Part shown: piece by piece, positions 1 to 8,353 of the stretch | How the letters are laid out: each line of letters opens with the position of its first letter | Position numbering within the stretch: the first letter of the stretch is position 1 | Assembly (NCBI GenBank): GCA_041600715.1 | Contig: JBFIJM010000001.1 | Span: 256,387-320,386 of the forward strand | Direction: 5' to 3' | Source: Candidatus Saccharimonadales bacterium | Lineage (GTDB): Bacteria > Patescibacteriota > Saccharimonadia > Saccharimonadales > 2-12-FULL-41-12 | DNA length: 64,000 nucleotides | Made by a program: the position numbers and the translations under genes | Notes under the pieces: generated by a model | Told to the model about the DNA's origin: nothing | Seen by the model: only the letters and a program-made list of their open reading frames with translations | Database searches by the model: none

Positions 1-137
1 TTAGTGAACATTGGCTTGCCTTTACCAATTAATAATTCTGCAACTCGTGTAGATAATCTACCCAATACTATTTCACTAGCATCGACCACATACCATTTAC
101 GTTCTACTTCGTTAGGTTTTGCTGAATAGGTTTTCAT
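1..137 (-). CDS. rplM: 50S ribosomal protein L13, N-terminal part (gene runs off the window start)
   Basis: Own translation from the ATG at 135-137 gives [45 protein letters not shown], a typical L13 N-terminus. The ATG overlaps the rplQ stop (ATGA). Confidence 0.85.
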   Translation of the reverse strand, partial: MKTYSAKPNEVERKWYVVDASEIVLGRLSTRVAELLIGKGKPMFT

Positions 138-610
138 TTTTTAGCCTCTTTCTTTTGTGCAGGCTTCTTTACAGCCGGTTTCTTAACCGTAGGTTTGGCA
201 GGAGCTTCAGCTTCTGCTTTGACAGGCTTTGGCGTTGGTGTTTTGACAGACAGATCGTCTACAAAGCTGATTCTTGCCATTTGAGCATTATCACCTCTAC
301 GAAGACTAGTGCGCTCAATTCTTAAGTGCCCACTGCTACGTGCAGTAAGCTTCGGGGCAATTTCATCTACTAGTTTATGCGCTGTCTCTATAGTTTGTAA
401 CTTAGCAATAATTTGTCGTCTAGAATGCAAAGTATTTTTTTTAGCTTTCGTGATAAGCTTTTCGGTATACGGAACAGTTTCTTTTGCTTTATGAAGTGTA
501 GTCTCTATTGACTCGTACTTAATCAACGATTCAGCGAGTCCCTTCATAAGAGCTCGTCGTTGATCACGTTCACGACCAAATTTTCGACCTTTATATCCGT
601 GACGGTGCAT
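134..610 (-). CDS. rplQ: 50S ribosomal protein L17
   Basis: 158-aa ORF starting [25 protein letters not shown], an L17 signature. It lies directly downstream of rpoA and has a Lys/Ala/Pro-rich C-terminal tail. Confidence 0.96.
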   Translation of the reverse strand: MHRHGYKGRKFGRERDQRRALMKGLAESLIKYESIETTLHKAKETVPYTEKLITKAKKNTLHSRRQIIAKLQTIETAHKLVDEIAPKLTARSSGHLRIERTSLRRGDNAQMARISFVDDLSVKTPTPKPVKAEAEAPAKPTVKKPAVKKPAQKKEAKK

Positions 611-612
611 TA

Positions 613-698
613 GGCAACTCCTTTCGGACTTGCAGTAACTTGGAAATAGGAACTAGGAACTATTTTTGCTAATTGCAAATTCCTAATTTCTAGTTTCT
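613..698 (-). repeat. Heptad-repeat hairpin element, copy A (rpoA|rplQ gap)
   Basis: Plus strand reads GGCAACTCCTTT...GGAAATAGGAACTAGGAACTA...GCTAATTGCAAATTCCTAATTTCTAGTTTC. It is homologous to the copies at 7218-7302 and 8269-8353. Confidence 0.8.
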
Positions 699-722
699 TA
701 TGTTGAGTAAAACGAGACATCT

Positions 723-1673
723 TTAGAACTCCATCTCCGCCATTTTTTCCTTCACTTCATCGAGCGCTTTACTGCCGAAACCTTTAAGGTCCCTTAATTC
801 AGCATCACTAAGCGAGAACAAATCCTTTAGTGTGTGGATATCGTTATTAACTAATGCGTTAGTTGTGCGAGCAGAAAGATTCAAATCTTCGATAGATGTC
901 ATTAGTGCTGGTGAATCTTCGTTTTCTTCACCGCCTGCAACTGATTCTGTGCCAGATGGAGTTAGTGGCACGCTTGCTTCTACTCGTGTTTTACCTGCAA
1001 GAGCAGTGTATTGATTTACTAAGATAGCTGCTGCTTCCTCAAATGCGTCTGCAGGAGTGATTGATCCGTCGGTTTCAACATTGATAATTAGCTTATCAAG
1101 GTCAGTCATTTGCCCAACACGCGTGTTCTCTACCTTATATCGAACTCGTTGTACTGGACTGAACAAAGCATCGATTGCGATCTGGTCGGTAACTTTCTTT
1201 TTACTAGAAACTTCTTCTACTGTTCTATAACCACGGCCAATCTCAATAATAATCTCAGCACCAAAAGTAGCTTTTTCATCATCGATTGTAGCGATTACAT
1301 GATCTTTGTTGACGACTTCCACGTCAGAATTAGTTTCTATATCTGAGGCAGTAATTACGCCTTTACCTTTTTTATTAATTCTTAAGGTTTGTGGTTCGTC
1401 GCTAAACACACGGAATACAACACCCTTAACATTAAGAATGATCTCTACTAGATCTTCCTTAACACCTGGTAATGTTGTGAACTCGTGAGTTGCACCATCA
1501 AATTTAATTCCTGTTATTGCTGCTCCAGCGAGTGATGAAAGCATTACTCTTCTGAGACTGTTGCCAAGTGTCATGCCGTAACCACTATGCAGTGGTTCAA
1601 CAGTGAAGGTTGCGGCTTTATCGTCATGCTTATCTACATTTACGACGCCTGGTGTATGGATCATTTTAGACAT
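723..1673 (-). CDS. rpoA: DNA-directed RNA polymerase subunit alpha
   Basis: 316-aa ORF containing EPLHSGYGMTLGNSLRRVMLSSLAGAAI and a C-terminal domain motif (LNLSARTTNAL). Position is canonical, between rpsD and rplQ. Confidence 0.97.
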   Translation of the reverse strand: MSKMIHTPGVVNVDKHDDKAATFTVEPLHSGYGMTLGNSLRRVMLSSLAGAAITGIKFDGATHEFTTLPGVKEDLVEIILNVKGVVFRVFSDEPQTLRINKKGKGVITASDIETNSDVEVVNKDHVIATIDDEKATFGAEIIIEIGRGYRTVEEVSSKKKVTDQIAIDALFSPVQRVRYKVENTRVGQMTDLDKLIINVETDGSITPADAFEEAAAILVNQYTALAGKTRVEASVPLTPSGTESVAGGEENEDSPALMTSIEDLNLSARTTNALVNNDIHTLKDLFSLSDAELRDLKGFGSKALDEVKEKMAEMEF

Positions 1674-1691
1674 TATTGTTTCTCGCCTCCC

Positions 1692-2312
1692 TTAGCGTGA
1701 GTAATACTCAACAATTAGTTGTTCGTTAATATCAACCTCGGCTTCCTCACGCGTAGGAACTCCGGTTACTTTAATGGTCATTTTTTTACGGTCAGCCTGT
1801 ATCCAGCCAGGAAACTCACTAGGAGCTGGGCTGACTGTGTCAAGATTCTTAAAATATTCACTCTTTTGACTCTTCGGACGTACTACAAGTACATCACCCG
1901 CCTTAAGACGTATAGATGGAATATCAACTCTTCGTCCGTTTAGCTCAAAGTGACCATGAGTCACAAGTTGACGTGATGCTCGTCTACTCATTGCAAAACC
2001 AGCACGATAAACGGCATTATCTGCTCGCTGTTCGAGTAGTTGGAGTAAAACTGCTCCTGACTGACCTTTTGTTCGACTGGCTTCTTTCATAAGATTACTG
2101 AACTGTTTCTCTAGTAATCCGTAAAGTCGCTTAACCTTTTGCTTTTCACGAAGTTGTAGTGAGTACTGACTGGCTTTAGAACGGAAACCACGACCACCAG
2201 CTTGTTGACCTGGAGGTGTTGAGCGCTTCATTAATGCCTTGTGAGCTTTGGGGTGAAGTGCATAGCCCTCACGACGGCTCATCTTAACAATACTTTGTGT
2301 ATCTCTAGCCAT
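1692..2312 (-). CDS. rpsD: 30S ribosomal protein S4
   Basis: 206-aa ORF with a YSLQLREKQKVKRLYG motif and an S4 domain. Synteny rpsK-rpsD-rpoA. Confidence 0.97.
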   Translation of the reverse strand: MARDTQSIVKMSRREGYALHPKAHKALMKRSTPPGQQAGGRGFRSKASQYSLQLREKQKVKRLYGLLEKQFSNLMKEASRTKGQSGAVLLQLLEQRADNAVYRAGFAMSRRASRQLVTHGHFELNGRRVDIPSIRLKAGDVLVVRPKSQKSEYFKNLDTVSPAPSEFPGWIQADRKKMTIKVTGVPTREEAEVDINEQLIVEYYSR

Positions 2313-2314
2313 TA

Positions 2315-2701
2315 CTAAACCCTCCGAGCCTTTCTTGGACGACAGCCACCATGAGGTACACCTGTTACATCCTTGATTGACTCTACAGCAACACCCGCAC
2401 CTGCAAGTGCCCGCACCGCAGACTCTCTACCAAGACCAACGCCTTTGATGTAAACATCTGCCTTAGAGAAGCTATACTGCTGTTTTGCTGAGTTAATCGC
2501 TTTCTCGGCTGCGATTTGAGCAGCGTATGCTGTTCCTTTTTTGCTTCCACGGAAACCGCATCCACCAGCACTTGCCGTTGTCAAAGCGCCCCCACTCGGG
2601 TCAGTTACTGTAATAATTGTATTATTGAAAGTAGCCTGCACATGAACCTGCCCAGAGGATACGACGCGTTTGGTTTTTTTCTTCTTAATTGTATCTGCCA
2701 T
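2315..2701 (-). CDS. rpsK: 30S ribosomal protein S11
   Basis: 128-aa ORF with HVQATFNNTIITVTDPSGGAL and a C-terminal PHGGCRPRKARRV. Confidence 0.97.
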   Translation of the reverse strand: MADTIKKKKTKRVVSSGQVHVQATFNNTIITVTDPSGGALTTASAGGCGFRGSKKGTAYAAQIAAEKAINSAKQQYSFSKADVYIKGVGLGRESAVRALAGAGVAVESIKDVTGVPHGGCRPRKARRV

Positions 2702-2719
2702 AATCTATATCATCCTCTC

Positions 2720-3106
2720 CTACGTCTTAGACGCAACCTTCTTAGCTGTGCCACCTACAGTTGTCTTCTTACCGCGACGTGTGCGAGCATTTGTTTTAGT
2801 TCTCTGGCCACGGCTTGGTAGGTTGGCCTTATGACGGATACCACGATAAGCATTTATATCTTTTAATCGTTTGATGTTACCAGATACTATTCGTTGAAGT
2901 TCACCTTCTACAGTGTACTTTTCAGATATAACGTCTGTTATACGACCAATTTCTGCATCTGTCAGATCTTTAACTCTTACAGTCGGCTCCACCTTAGCAG
3001 ACTCCACAATTTCTGACGCAAACTTAGGACCAACTCCATAAATGTACGTTAACGCAATCTGAATTTGTTTTTCGTTGGGTATTGTAACCCCTGATATTCG
3101 AGCCAT
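2720..3106 (-). CDS. rpsM: 30S ribosomal protein S13
   Basis: 128-aa ORF starting MARISGVTIPNEKQIQIALTYIYGVG. Confidence 0.97.
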   Translation of the reverse strand: MARISGVTIPNEKQIQIALTYIYGVGPKFASEIVESAKVEPTVRVKDLTDAEIGRITDVISEKYTVEGELQRIVSGNIKRLKDINAYRGIRHKANLPSRGQRTKTNARTRRGKKTTVGGTAKKVASKT

Positions 3107-3109
3107 GTA

Positions 3110-3226
3110 TTAACCCTGCCTTTGCTTATGCTTAGGCTTTAATTTATTGATAACATAAAGTCTGCCTTTACGACGAACAATCTTGTCGTCTGGCGAGATC
3201 TTTTTTACACTTGCACGTACTTTCAT
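3110..3226 (-). CDS. rpmJ: 50S ribosomal protein L36 (cysteine-free form)
   Basis: Not in the ORF track because it is 38 aa. Own translation gives [41 protein letters not shown] at 3224-3226, TAA at 3110-3112, and the gene sits between infA and rpsM. Confidence 0.92.
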   Translation of the reverse strand: MKVRASVKKISPDDKIVRRKGRLYVINKLKPKHKQRQG

Positions 3227-3310
3227 ACGGATCATGACCTTTCTTTATTAGCGCATGACACACTGCTTAATATTATTGATCCTAAACTCTAAGAACTTTT
3301 TCAAAATAGT

Positions 3311-3351
3311 ACAGTTGCCTGACAACCATAAACGGTTGTCGATCTAACTGT
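3311..3351 (-). terminator. Hairpin between infA and rpmJ (weak terminator or processing site)
   Basis: The minus strand reads ACAGTTAGATCGACAACC-GTTTAT-GGTTGTCAGGCAACTGT followed by ACTATTTTGA. Confidence 0.3.
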
Positions 3352-3376
3352 GCATTTTGTAAAAGTACTTCGCGGA

Positions 3377-3598
3377 TTAGGATTTTCGGTATGTGATTCG
3401 TCCCTTTGTAAGGTCATAGGGAGTCAACTCAACCGTGACAGTATCACCAGGTACGATTCGGATATAATGTTTCCGCATCTTACCAGCGACATGAGCTATA
3501 ATTTGATGGCCGTTCTCAAGCTCTACCCGGAACTGTGTTCCTGGCAGTGTCTCGATGATTACTCCCGATAGCTCGATTACTTCCTTATTTTTGGCCAT
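3377..3598 (-). CDS. infA: Translation initiation factor IF-1
   Basis: 73-aa ORF containing [41 protein letters not shown]. Confidence 0.97.
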   Translation of the reverse strand: MAKNKEVIELSGVIIETLPGTQFRVELENGHQIIAHVAGKMRKHYIRIVPGDTVTVELTPYDLTKGRITYRKS

Positions 3599-3658
3599 AA
3601 AATATAACTAAGAATCTATTGTAACAGATATTTACAACATATGTAAAGAGGTGATTCT

Positions 3659-5146
3659 CTATTTTCTTAACTTTCTGTTGATTTTTGTGAGTTTTGGTAT
3701 AAACTTACGCTTTTTTTCGTCCTTCTCAACTGTCTGGAAGAAGTCACTACCGTCATACTGACTGTAAGTTATGAGCATAGCTCTTGATTCAATCTGACGT
3801 AGTGTTTCTAACGACACAGATACAAGTATCAGAATAGAGGTGCCCGCAATTGCCAGGTTATTACCGTAGAATGCTTCTGCAAAGATTGGTACAACAGCCA
3901 ACGCACCGAGGGCCAATGCCCCAAATAACGTTAGACGATTCACGACTCTCGATAAATATTTTTCTGTCTGACGACCAGATCGTACATCGGCAATGAAGCC
4001 ACCTTGTCTCTGTAGATTCTCAGAAATATCCTTTGCATTAAAGGCAATGCTTGTGTAGAAGAAAGTGAACAAGAATACTAGAACAAAGTAGATCACAGGA
4101 TATAGATAAGCTGTCCACTCACCAGAGCTTAATGTCTGCGCAGTCGGGGGCTGAAACCATGCAGTTAAATTAGCTCCTAGTTCTTGTAAACGCATACTAC
4201 TGTTGTTAGTAAGTAATTGTCCTGCAAAACTAGGTACGCTCAAGAATGCTACAGCAAAGATAATTGGGATAACACCTGCGGTTATAATCTTAACTGGCAA
4301 GACTGTAGTTACTCCTCCGTATGTTCGGTTTCCTTGGACACGCTTAGCATAATGAACAGTAAGTCGTCTTTGAGCCTCATTTAGCCGTACTACAGCCATA
4401 GTCACAAGTAATATGACTAGAGTTAGCGCTCCTACATAAATGATTGCGTCGCGACTCACAGGTAATGTCATGCCTAGTACTTCCCACTTATCACCCGCAA
4501 AAACAGAAGCAATAAGACTCGCGGCCGTTGTCGGCAAGCTTGCCACAATACCTACCGTAATTAGAAGAGATATACCGTTTCCTATGCTTTGCTCAGTCAT
4601 CAACTCACCAAGCCACATAAGCATCATTGCCCCACCTGTAAGCGCAGAAACCATGAGGATCCATTGCATTGGTGAACTATTAGCTGTAATATCGCCCAGC
4701 CCTGCAACAGATGACGCTTGTTGTTTAACTAAGAATATGGCCCCGATTGATTGTATTATCGCCAAGGGGAAGGTTAATGTTCGGGTCATCTGGTTAATCT
4801 TCTTGCGTCCGAACTCACCTTCCTTGTTCATTGCTTCTAAGGATGGAATTGCACGAGTAAGCAACTGCATGATAATACTAGCGTTAATGTATGGTCCAAG
4901 CCCTACCAGCATAATCGAGAAGTTGGCTAATGCACCACCAGATATAACATTAACAAAACTAAGGAACTGCGGAGTGTCTGTAGATGTAAACAAACTATCA
5001 AGAACCTGACGAAGGGTTTGCGGGTCACTAAGAGGTATCGGTATGTGCGCCAAAATACGGAATATAACAACAATACCTAGGATTATGAGTATGCGCTTGC
5101 GCATATCGCCATCGGCTAACGATTTCCAAATCAATTTCCAGTTCAT
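3659..5146 (-). CDS. secY: Preprotein translocase subunit SecY
   Basis: 495-aa polytopic membrane protein with SGGALANFSIMLVGLGPYINASII and GNGISLLI motifs, in the canonical position after rplO. It has a basic C-terminal tail. Confidence 0.96.
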   Translation of the reverse strand: MNWKLIWKSLADGDMRKRILIILGIVVIFRILAHIPIPLSDPQTLRQVLDSLFTSTDTPQFLSFVNVISGGALANFSIMLVGLGPYINASIIMQLLTRAIPSLEAMNKEGEFGRKKINQMTRTLTFPLAIIQSIGAIFLVKQQASSVAGLGDITANSSPMQWILMVSALTGGAMMLMWLGELMTEQSIGNGISLLITVGIVASLPTTAASLIASVFAGDKWEVLGMTLPVSRDAIIYVGALTLVILLVTMAVVRLNEAQRRLTVHYAKRVQGNRTYGGVTTVLPVKIITAGVIPIIFAVAFLSVPSFAGQLLTNNSSMRLQELGANLTAWFQPPTAQTLSSGEWTAYLYPVIYFVLVFLFTFFYTSIAFNAKDISENLQRQGGFIADVRSGRQTEKYLSRVVNRLTLFGALALGALAVVPIFAEAFYGNNLAIAGTSILILVSVSLETLRQIESRAMLITYSQYDGSDFFQTVEKDEKKRKFIPKLTKINRKLRK

Positions 5147-5238
5147 ACCAGTTTAGACTTCCCTCTCTTAGGTGTTATTCAACAGATAGCATCAATTATA
5201 CAGTAAGCACCCCATTTACAGTAGCCTCGCTGTAAAAG

Positions 5239-5667
5239 TTACTCAGTGAAGTAACGTTTACCTGTTTTATAGGCCTCAATATAGTTATCCATACAACCAA
5301 AAAGGTTATCCGGTAATTCCGTGTCAATATCATACCAACCCCATGAGCGGAGTTTGTGCGGCTCTCCAACTGTTGGTTCACCTGATTTCCATATAGCGAC
5401 CATTCCAATATCGACATAATGCTTAGGCATGTATCGGCGGAGATTTGTTGTACAGAGATAGTCTACTTGCTCGATTTGCATACTAGACCCTGCTTCTTCT
5501 TCTAGCTCACGCAGTATTGACTCTTCAAACGACTCGCCATACTCAAAGTGTCCACCTGGTCCACCGTATTCACCCACTCCATGTGAGCTAATACGCTCAC
5601 CTAGAAGAATTTTATTGTCTCTAACGACTAACAGTCCGAGCCCTACCAACGGTCTTTGCGATTCCAT
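5239..5667 (-). CDS. Nudix hydrolase
   Basis: 142-aa ORF with a Nudix box, GGPGGHFEYGESFEESILRELEEEAGS. It lies between rplO and secY. Confidence 0.85.
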   Translation of the reverse strand: MESQRPLVGLGLLVVRDNKILLGERISSHGVGEYGGPGGHFEYGESFEESILRELEEEAGSSMQIEQVDYLCTTNLRRYMPKHYVDIGMVAIWKSGEPTVGEPHKLRSWGWYDIDTELPDNLFGCMDNYIEAYKTGKRYFTE

Positions 5668-5711
5668 AACAGATAGTTTAACCCTGACGATTTATTCAGA
5701 CAAGCACAAGA

Positions 5712-5742
5712 AAAAGGACTCCTCATAAGATGAAGAGTCTTT
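5712..5742 (-). terminator. Hairpin downstream of rplO (possible attenuator or terminator)
   Basis: The minus strand reads AAAGACTC-TTCATCTTATGAG-GAGTCCTTT followed by TTCTTG. The stem is imperfect. Confidence 0.3.
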
Positions 5743-5760
5743 AGGCAATCTTGATTAAGA

Positions 5761-6249
5761 TTATTTAGCGGCTTTTTTGCCACGTGTGCGAGTTGTTGTA
5801 GATGGTCGCTTAACCTGTTCTACTTGCTCATATGTACCACCTACAGCTTCTACAGCTGCGACTGCGCTTGCGCTAGCAGATTGCAACTTAACAGTTATCT
5901 TCTTTTTAAGCTCACCCTTTACGACAAGCTTTACCTTTTCGTAGGGTGATGCGATAAGACCAGCTTCTGCTAGGACTGCGGTGTCTATAGTTGCCTTACC
6001 AAGGTCTTGCAACTGCCCTGTATAGATAGCCGTAGCTGGAGTTCGTTTGCTAGTGAAACCACGAAGTTTTGGTATACGTAGATAAAGTGGCATCTGACCA
6101 CCTTCAAATCCTGGCCGTACACCACCACTCTTACGCGCGCCTTGTCCTTTTGTACCACGACCGGCAGTTTTACCTTTGCCAGCTGATATACCACGTCCAA
6201 CACGAGTAGATTTTTTATTGCCTTTTACGTTAAGTTCATGAAACTTCAT
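5761..6249 (-). CDS. rplO: 50S ribosomal protein L15
   Basis: 162-aa ORF with RVGRGISAGKGKTAGRGTKGQ. Its ATG overlaps the rpsE stop by 1 nt. Confidence 0.97.
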   Translation of the reverse strand: MKFHELNVKGNKKSTRVGRGISAGKGKTAGRGTKGQGARKSGGVRPGFEGGQMPLYLRIPKLRGFTSKRTPATAIYTGQLQDLGKATIDTAVLAEAGLIASPYEKVKLVVKGELKKKITVKLQSASASAVAAVEAVGGTYEQVEQVKRPSTTTRTRGKKAAK

Positions 6250-6860
6250 TATTTCGCCTCCGTCGCAAGAGTCGCTTGCTTCTTGTCACTAGTCTCTGAT
6301 TTTACTGATTTTGGAGCTTTGCTGGTGACTGGTGACTTTTTACTAGAGACTACAGGCTTGCCCTGACGCGTAATCCACTTGTCGGCTGGAGTCATTTCCT
6401 TCAGCGCTTCAAGCGTAGCGTAAGCGGTGTTAATTTTGTTAGCTGAACCAAGTGACTTAGATAGTGCATTACTAACACCAGCTACTTCTAGAACCGTTCG
6501 CACCACACCACCTGCAATAAGACCAGTACCAGCACTTGCTGGCTTAAGCAAGATGTTTGCGCCACCGACTTTTGCCTGTGCTTCATGTGGGAACGTACCT
6601 TTGTACAAGTGAAGTCCGATAAAGTTCTTTTTAGCTACGTCTACTGCTTTTGCTACAGCTGCAGTTACGTCAGCACCTTTAGCAATACCAATTCCAACGC
6701 GACCTTTGCGGTCGCCTACAACTACTAGTGCGCGAAAACGAAAACGACGTCCACCTTTTACAACTCTAGCAACACGGTCAATATGTACTACTCGCTCATC
6801 GAACTGTTTTTCTACTTCTGGAGCATCATTCTGTCTGCGTGGTCGATTATTGTCTGCCAT
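6249..6860 (-). CDS. rpsE: 30S ribosomal protein S5
   Basis: The track ORF was trimmed to the ATG at 6858-6860 (MADNNRPRRQ...), which is 1 nt after the rplR stop. Contains VVKGGRRFRFRALVVVGD and a Ser/Lys-rich C-terminal extension. Confidence 0.95.
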   Translation of the reverse strand: MADNNRPRRQNDAPEVEKQFDERVVHIDRVARVVKGGRRFRFRALVVVGDRKGRVGIGIAKGADVTAAVAKAVDVAKKNFIGLHLYKGTFPHEAQAKVGGANILLKPASAGTGLIAGGVVRTVLEVAGVSNALSKSLGSANKINTAYATLEALKEMTPADKWITRQGKPVVSSKKSPVTSKAPKSVKSETSDKKQATLATEAK

Positions 6861-6861
6861 A

Positions 6862-7215
6862 TTAGAAATCCAAACCTTCCTTGCGCGCTGCATCAGCAAG
6901 CGCTTTTACTCGTCCGTGATAGATACGGGCACCTCTATCAAAGGCAACTTTCTTTACTTTCTTAGCTTTCGCTTTCTTAGCGATTTCAGCGCCGACCCAA
7001 GTAGCAACTTCTGTCATGGTACCCTTTTGGTTTGACCCTGCAGAACTAACGCTTACGATTGTAGCGTGCTTGCTATCATCAATAATTTGAGCTGACACAT
7101 GGCGATTGCTCACGGTAACACTTAGGCGTGGTCGCTCGGTTGTACCTTTCACCACTGTTCGCACACGATTTGCGCGTCGAACGCTATTCTTCATTTTAGA
7201 TACTAAACGATTCAT
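6862..7215 (-). CDS. rplR: 50S ribosomal protein L18
   Basis: 117-aa ORF with RPRLSVTVSNRHVSAQIIDD and FDRGARIYHGRVKALADAARKEGLDF. Confidence 0.97.
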   Translation of the reverse strand: MNRLVSKMKNSVRRANRVRTVVKGTTERPRLSVTVSNRHVSAQIIDDSKHATIVSVSSAGSNQKGTMTEVATWVGAEIAKKAKAKKVKKVAFDRGARIYHGRVKALADAARKEGLDF

Positions 7216-7217
7216 CG

Positions 7218-7302
7218 GGTAACTCCTATTGTCGTTACAGGAACAAGGAAATAGGAACTAAGAACTAGTTCAGCTAATTTCGAATTTCTGATTTCTAATT
7301 TC
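7218..7302 (-). repeat. Heptad-repeat hairpin element, copy B (rplF|rplR gap)
   Basis: Plus strand reads GGTAACTCCT...CAGGAACAAGGAAATAGGAACTAAGAACTAGTTCAGCTAATTTCGAATTTCTGATTTCTAATTTC. By eye it is roughly 85-90 percent identical to copy C. Confidence 0.85.
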
Positions 7303-7307
7303 AACAT

Positions 7308-7847
7308 TTATTTGTCCTTACCTGACTTACCGCTCTTACGAACAATGCGCTCGTCAGCGTATTTAATACCTTTACCCTTGTATGGCTCTGGCTTTTTAAG
7401 TGCACGTATCTCTGCTGCCGCTTGACCGACTTGTTGCTTACTTATGCCACTAATTGTAATATTCATTTGCTCAACCTTGGCATCTACACCATCGGGAAGA
7501 TTAAATACGACCTCGTGCGAAAAGCCTAAATTCATCTTAAGATCACGGCCAACCAGTGCGACACGGAAACCAACTCCATTAACTTCTAGTTTTTTTTCAA
7601 AACCTTGGCTTACACCAGTAACCATATTAGCTATTAATGCTCGCATTAAACCGTGCTTAGCACGTACTTTCGGCTCATCGTTATCGCGGGTAACTATGAT
7701 TTCATCACCTTCTTGGGTAATGTTAACTCCTGGCATAGTGAACTGCGATAATGTGCCTTTTGGGCCTGTGGCCGTAATAGCATCATTGTCGACAGTGATT
7801 GTCACACCGCTCGGGAGCTTGATTGGTAGTTTTCCTACTCGACTCAT
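7308..7847 (-). CDS. rplF: 50S ribosomal protein L6
   Basis: 179-aa ORF starting MSRVGKLPIKLPSGVTITVD and ending ...PYKGKGIKYADE. Confidence 0.97.
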   Translation of the reverse strand: MSRVGKLPIKLPSGVTITVDNDAITATGPKGTLSQFTMPGVNITQEGDEIIVTRDNDEPKVRAKHGLMRALIANMVTGVSQGFEKKLEVNGVGFRVALVGRDLKMNLGFSHEVVFNLPDGVDAKVEQMNITISGISKQQVGQAAAEIRALKKPEPYKGKGIKYADERIVRKSGKSGKDK

Positions 7848-7870
7848 GTGTTATTCCTCAATTCTCTCTT

Positions 7871-8266
7871 TTAATAAACTTTACAGATTAATTCACCACC
7901 AACGCGGGTCTTTTTTGCATCATCACCAGTCATCAATCCTTGAGGAGTTGAGACAATGACAATACCTCGTCCACGCTTAATGTTCGGTATTTTGTCGACT
8001 GATGTGTACATACGACGACCAGGACGACTCATTCTTTTAATTTCGGTAATTCTTGCGTTAGTATTTTCTTTATTAATCGTGATGACTAATTTCTTCTCGA
8101 TACCCTCGCCAGCTACTATTACGCCGTCTATGAAGTTGTTTGACTTAAGAAGTTCAGCGACACTTTGTTTGATGCGTGAATACGGCATACTAACTTCTCG
8201 CTTATTTACAGCAATAGCATTGCGGATTCGGGTTAACATATCTGATATTGGGTCTGTGCTTACCAT
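7871..8266 (-). CDS. rpsH: 30S ribosomal protein S8
   Basis: 131-aa ORF containing DPISDMLTRIRNAIAVNKREV. Confidence 0.97.
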   Translation of the reverse strand: MVSTDPISDMLTRIRNAIAVNKREVSMPYSRIKQSVAELLKSNNFIDGVIVAGEGIEKKLVITINKENTNARITEIKRMSRPGRRMYTSVDKIPNIKRGRGIVIVSTPQGLMTGDDAKKTRVGGELICKVY

Positions 8267-8268
8267 CT

Positions 8269-8353
8269 GGCAACTCCTTTGTTCGTTGCAGGAACTAGGA
8301 AATAGGAACTAGGAACTAGTTCAGCTAATTTCGAATTTCTAATTACTAATTTC
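8269..8353 (-). repeat. Heptad-repeat hairpin element, copy C (rpsN|rpsH gap)
   Basis: Plus strand reads GGCAACTCCTTTGTTCGTTGCAGGAACTAGGAAATAGGAACTAGGAACTAGTTCAGCTAATTTCGAATTTCTAATTACTAATTTC. It has 7-nt periodicity in both arms, and the arms are partly complementary. Confidence 0.85.

Noticed and set aside
134-136. Alternative genetic code (UGA read as Gly or Trp, as in some CPR lineages).
   Set aside because: TGA terminates conserved genes at their expected ends (for example rplQ at 134-136, the methyltransferase at 34691-34693 and the recombinase at 41511-41513). No conserved gene shows in-frame TGA, so the standard code 11 fits.
4440-5009. Long antisense ORFs inside conserved genes. Examples are 4440-5009 in secY, 7444-7959 in rplF/rpsH, 17680-18120 in tuf, 23263-23637 in rpoC, 33332-33754 in hisS, 44290-44682 in recG, 55276-55680 in clpC and 35987-36304 in the membrane-protein gene.
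   Set aside because: They are shadow ORFs on the opposite strand of well-supported genes. Their sequences are low-complexity and Ser/Leu/Pro/Thr-rich, with no Shine-Dalgarno or family resemblance.
6861-6899. N-terminal extensions of rpsE (to 6899), rpsC (to 11582), hisS (to 34536), the methyltransferase (to 35356) and clpC (TTG at 56297) in the ORF track.
   Set aside because: The extensions overlap upstream genes or lack a Shine-Dalgarno. Internal ATGs placed right after the upstream stop codon, or after a good Shine-Dalgarno, give canonical N-termini.
613-8353. The heptad repeats interpreted as a CRISPR array or a coding tandem repeat.
   Set aside because: The repeat units are only 7 nt and contiguous, with no spacers. 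The copies are single ~85-nt units in separate intergenic gaps, and no cas genes are present.
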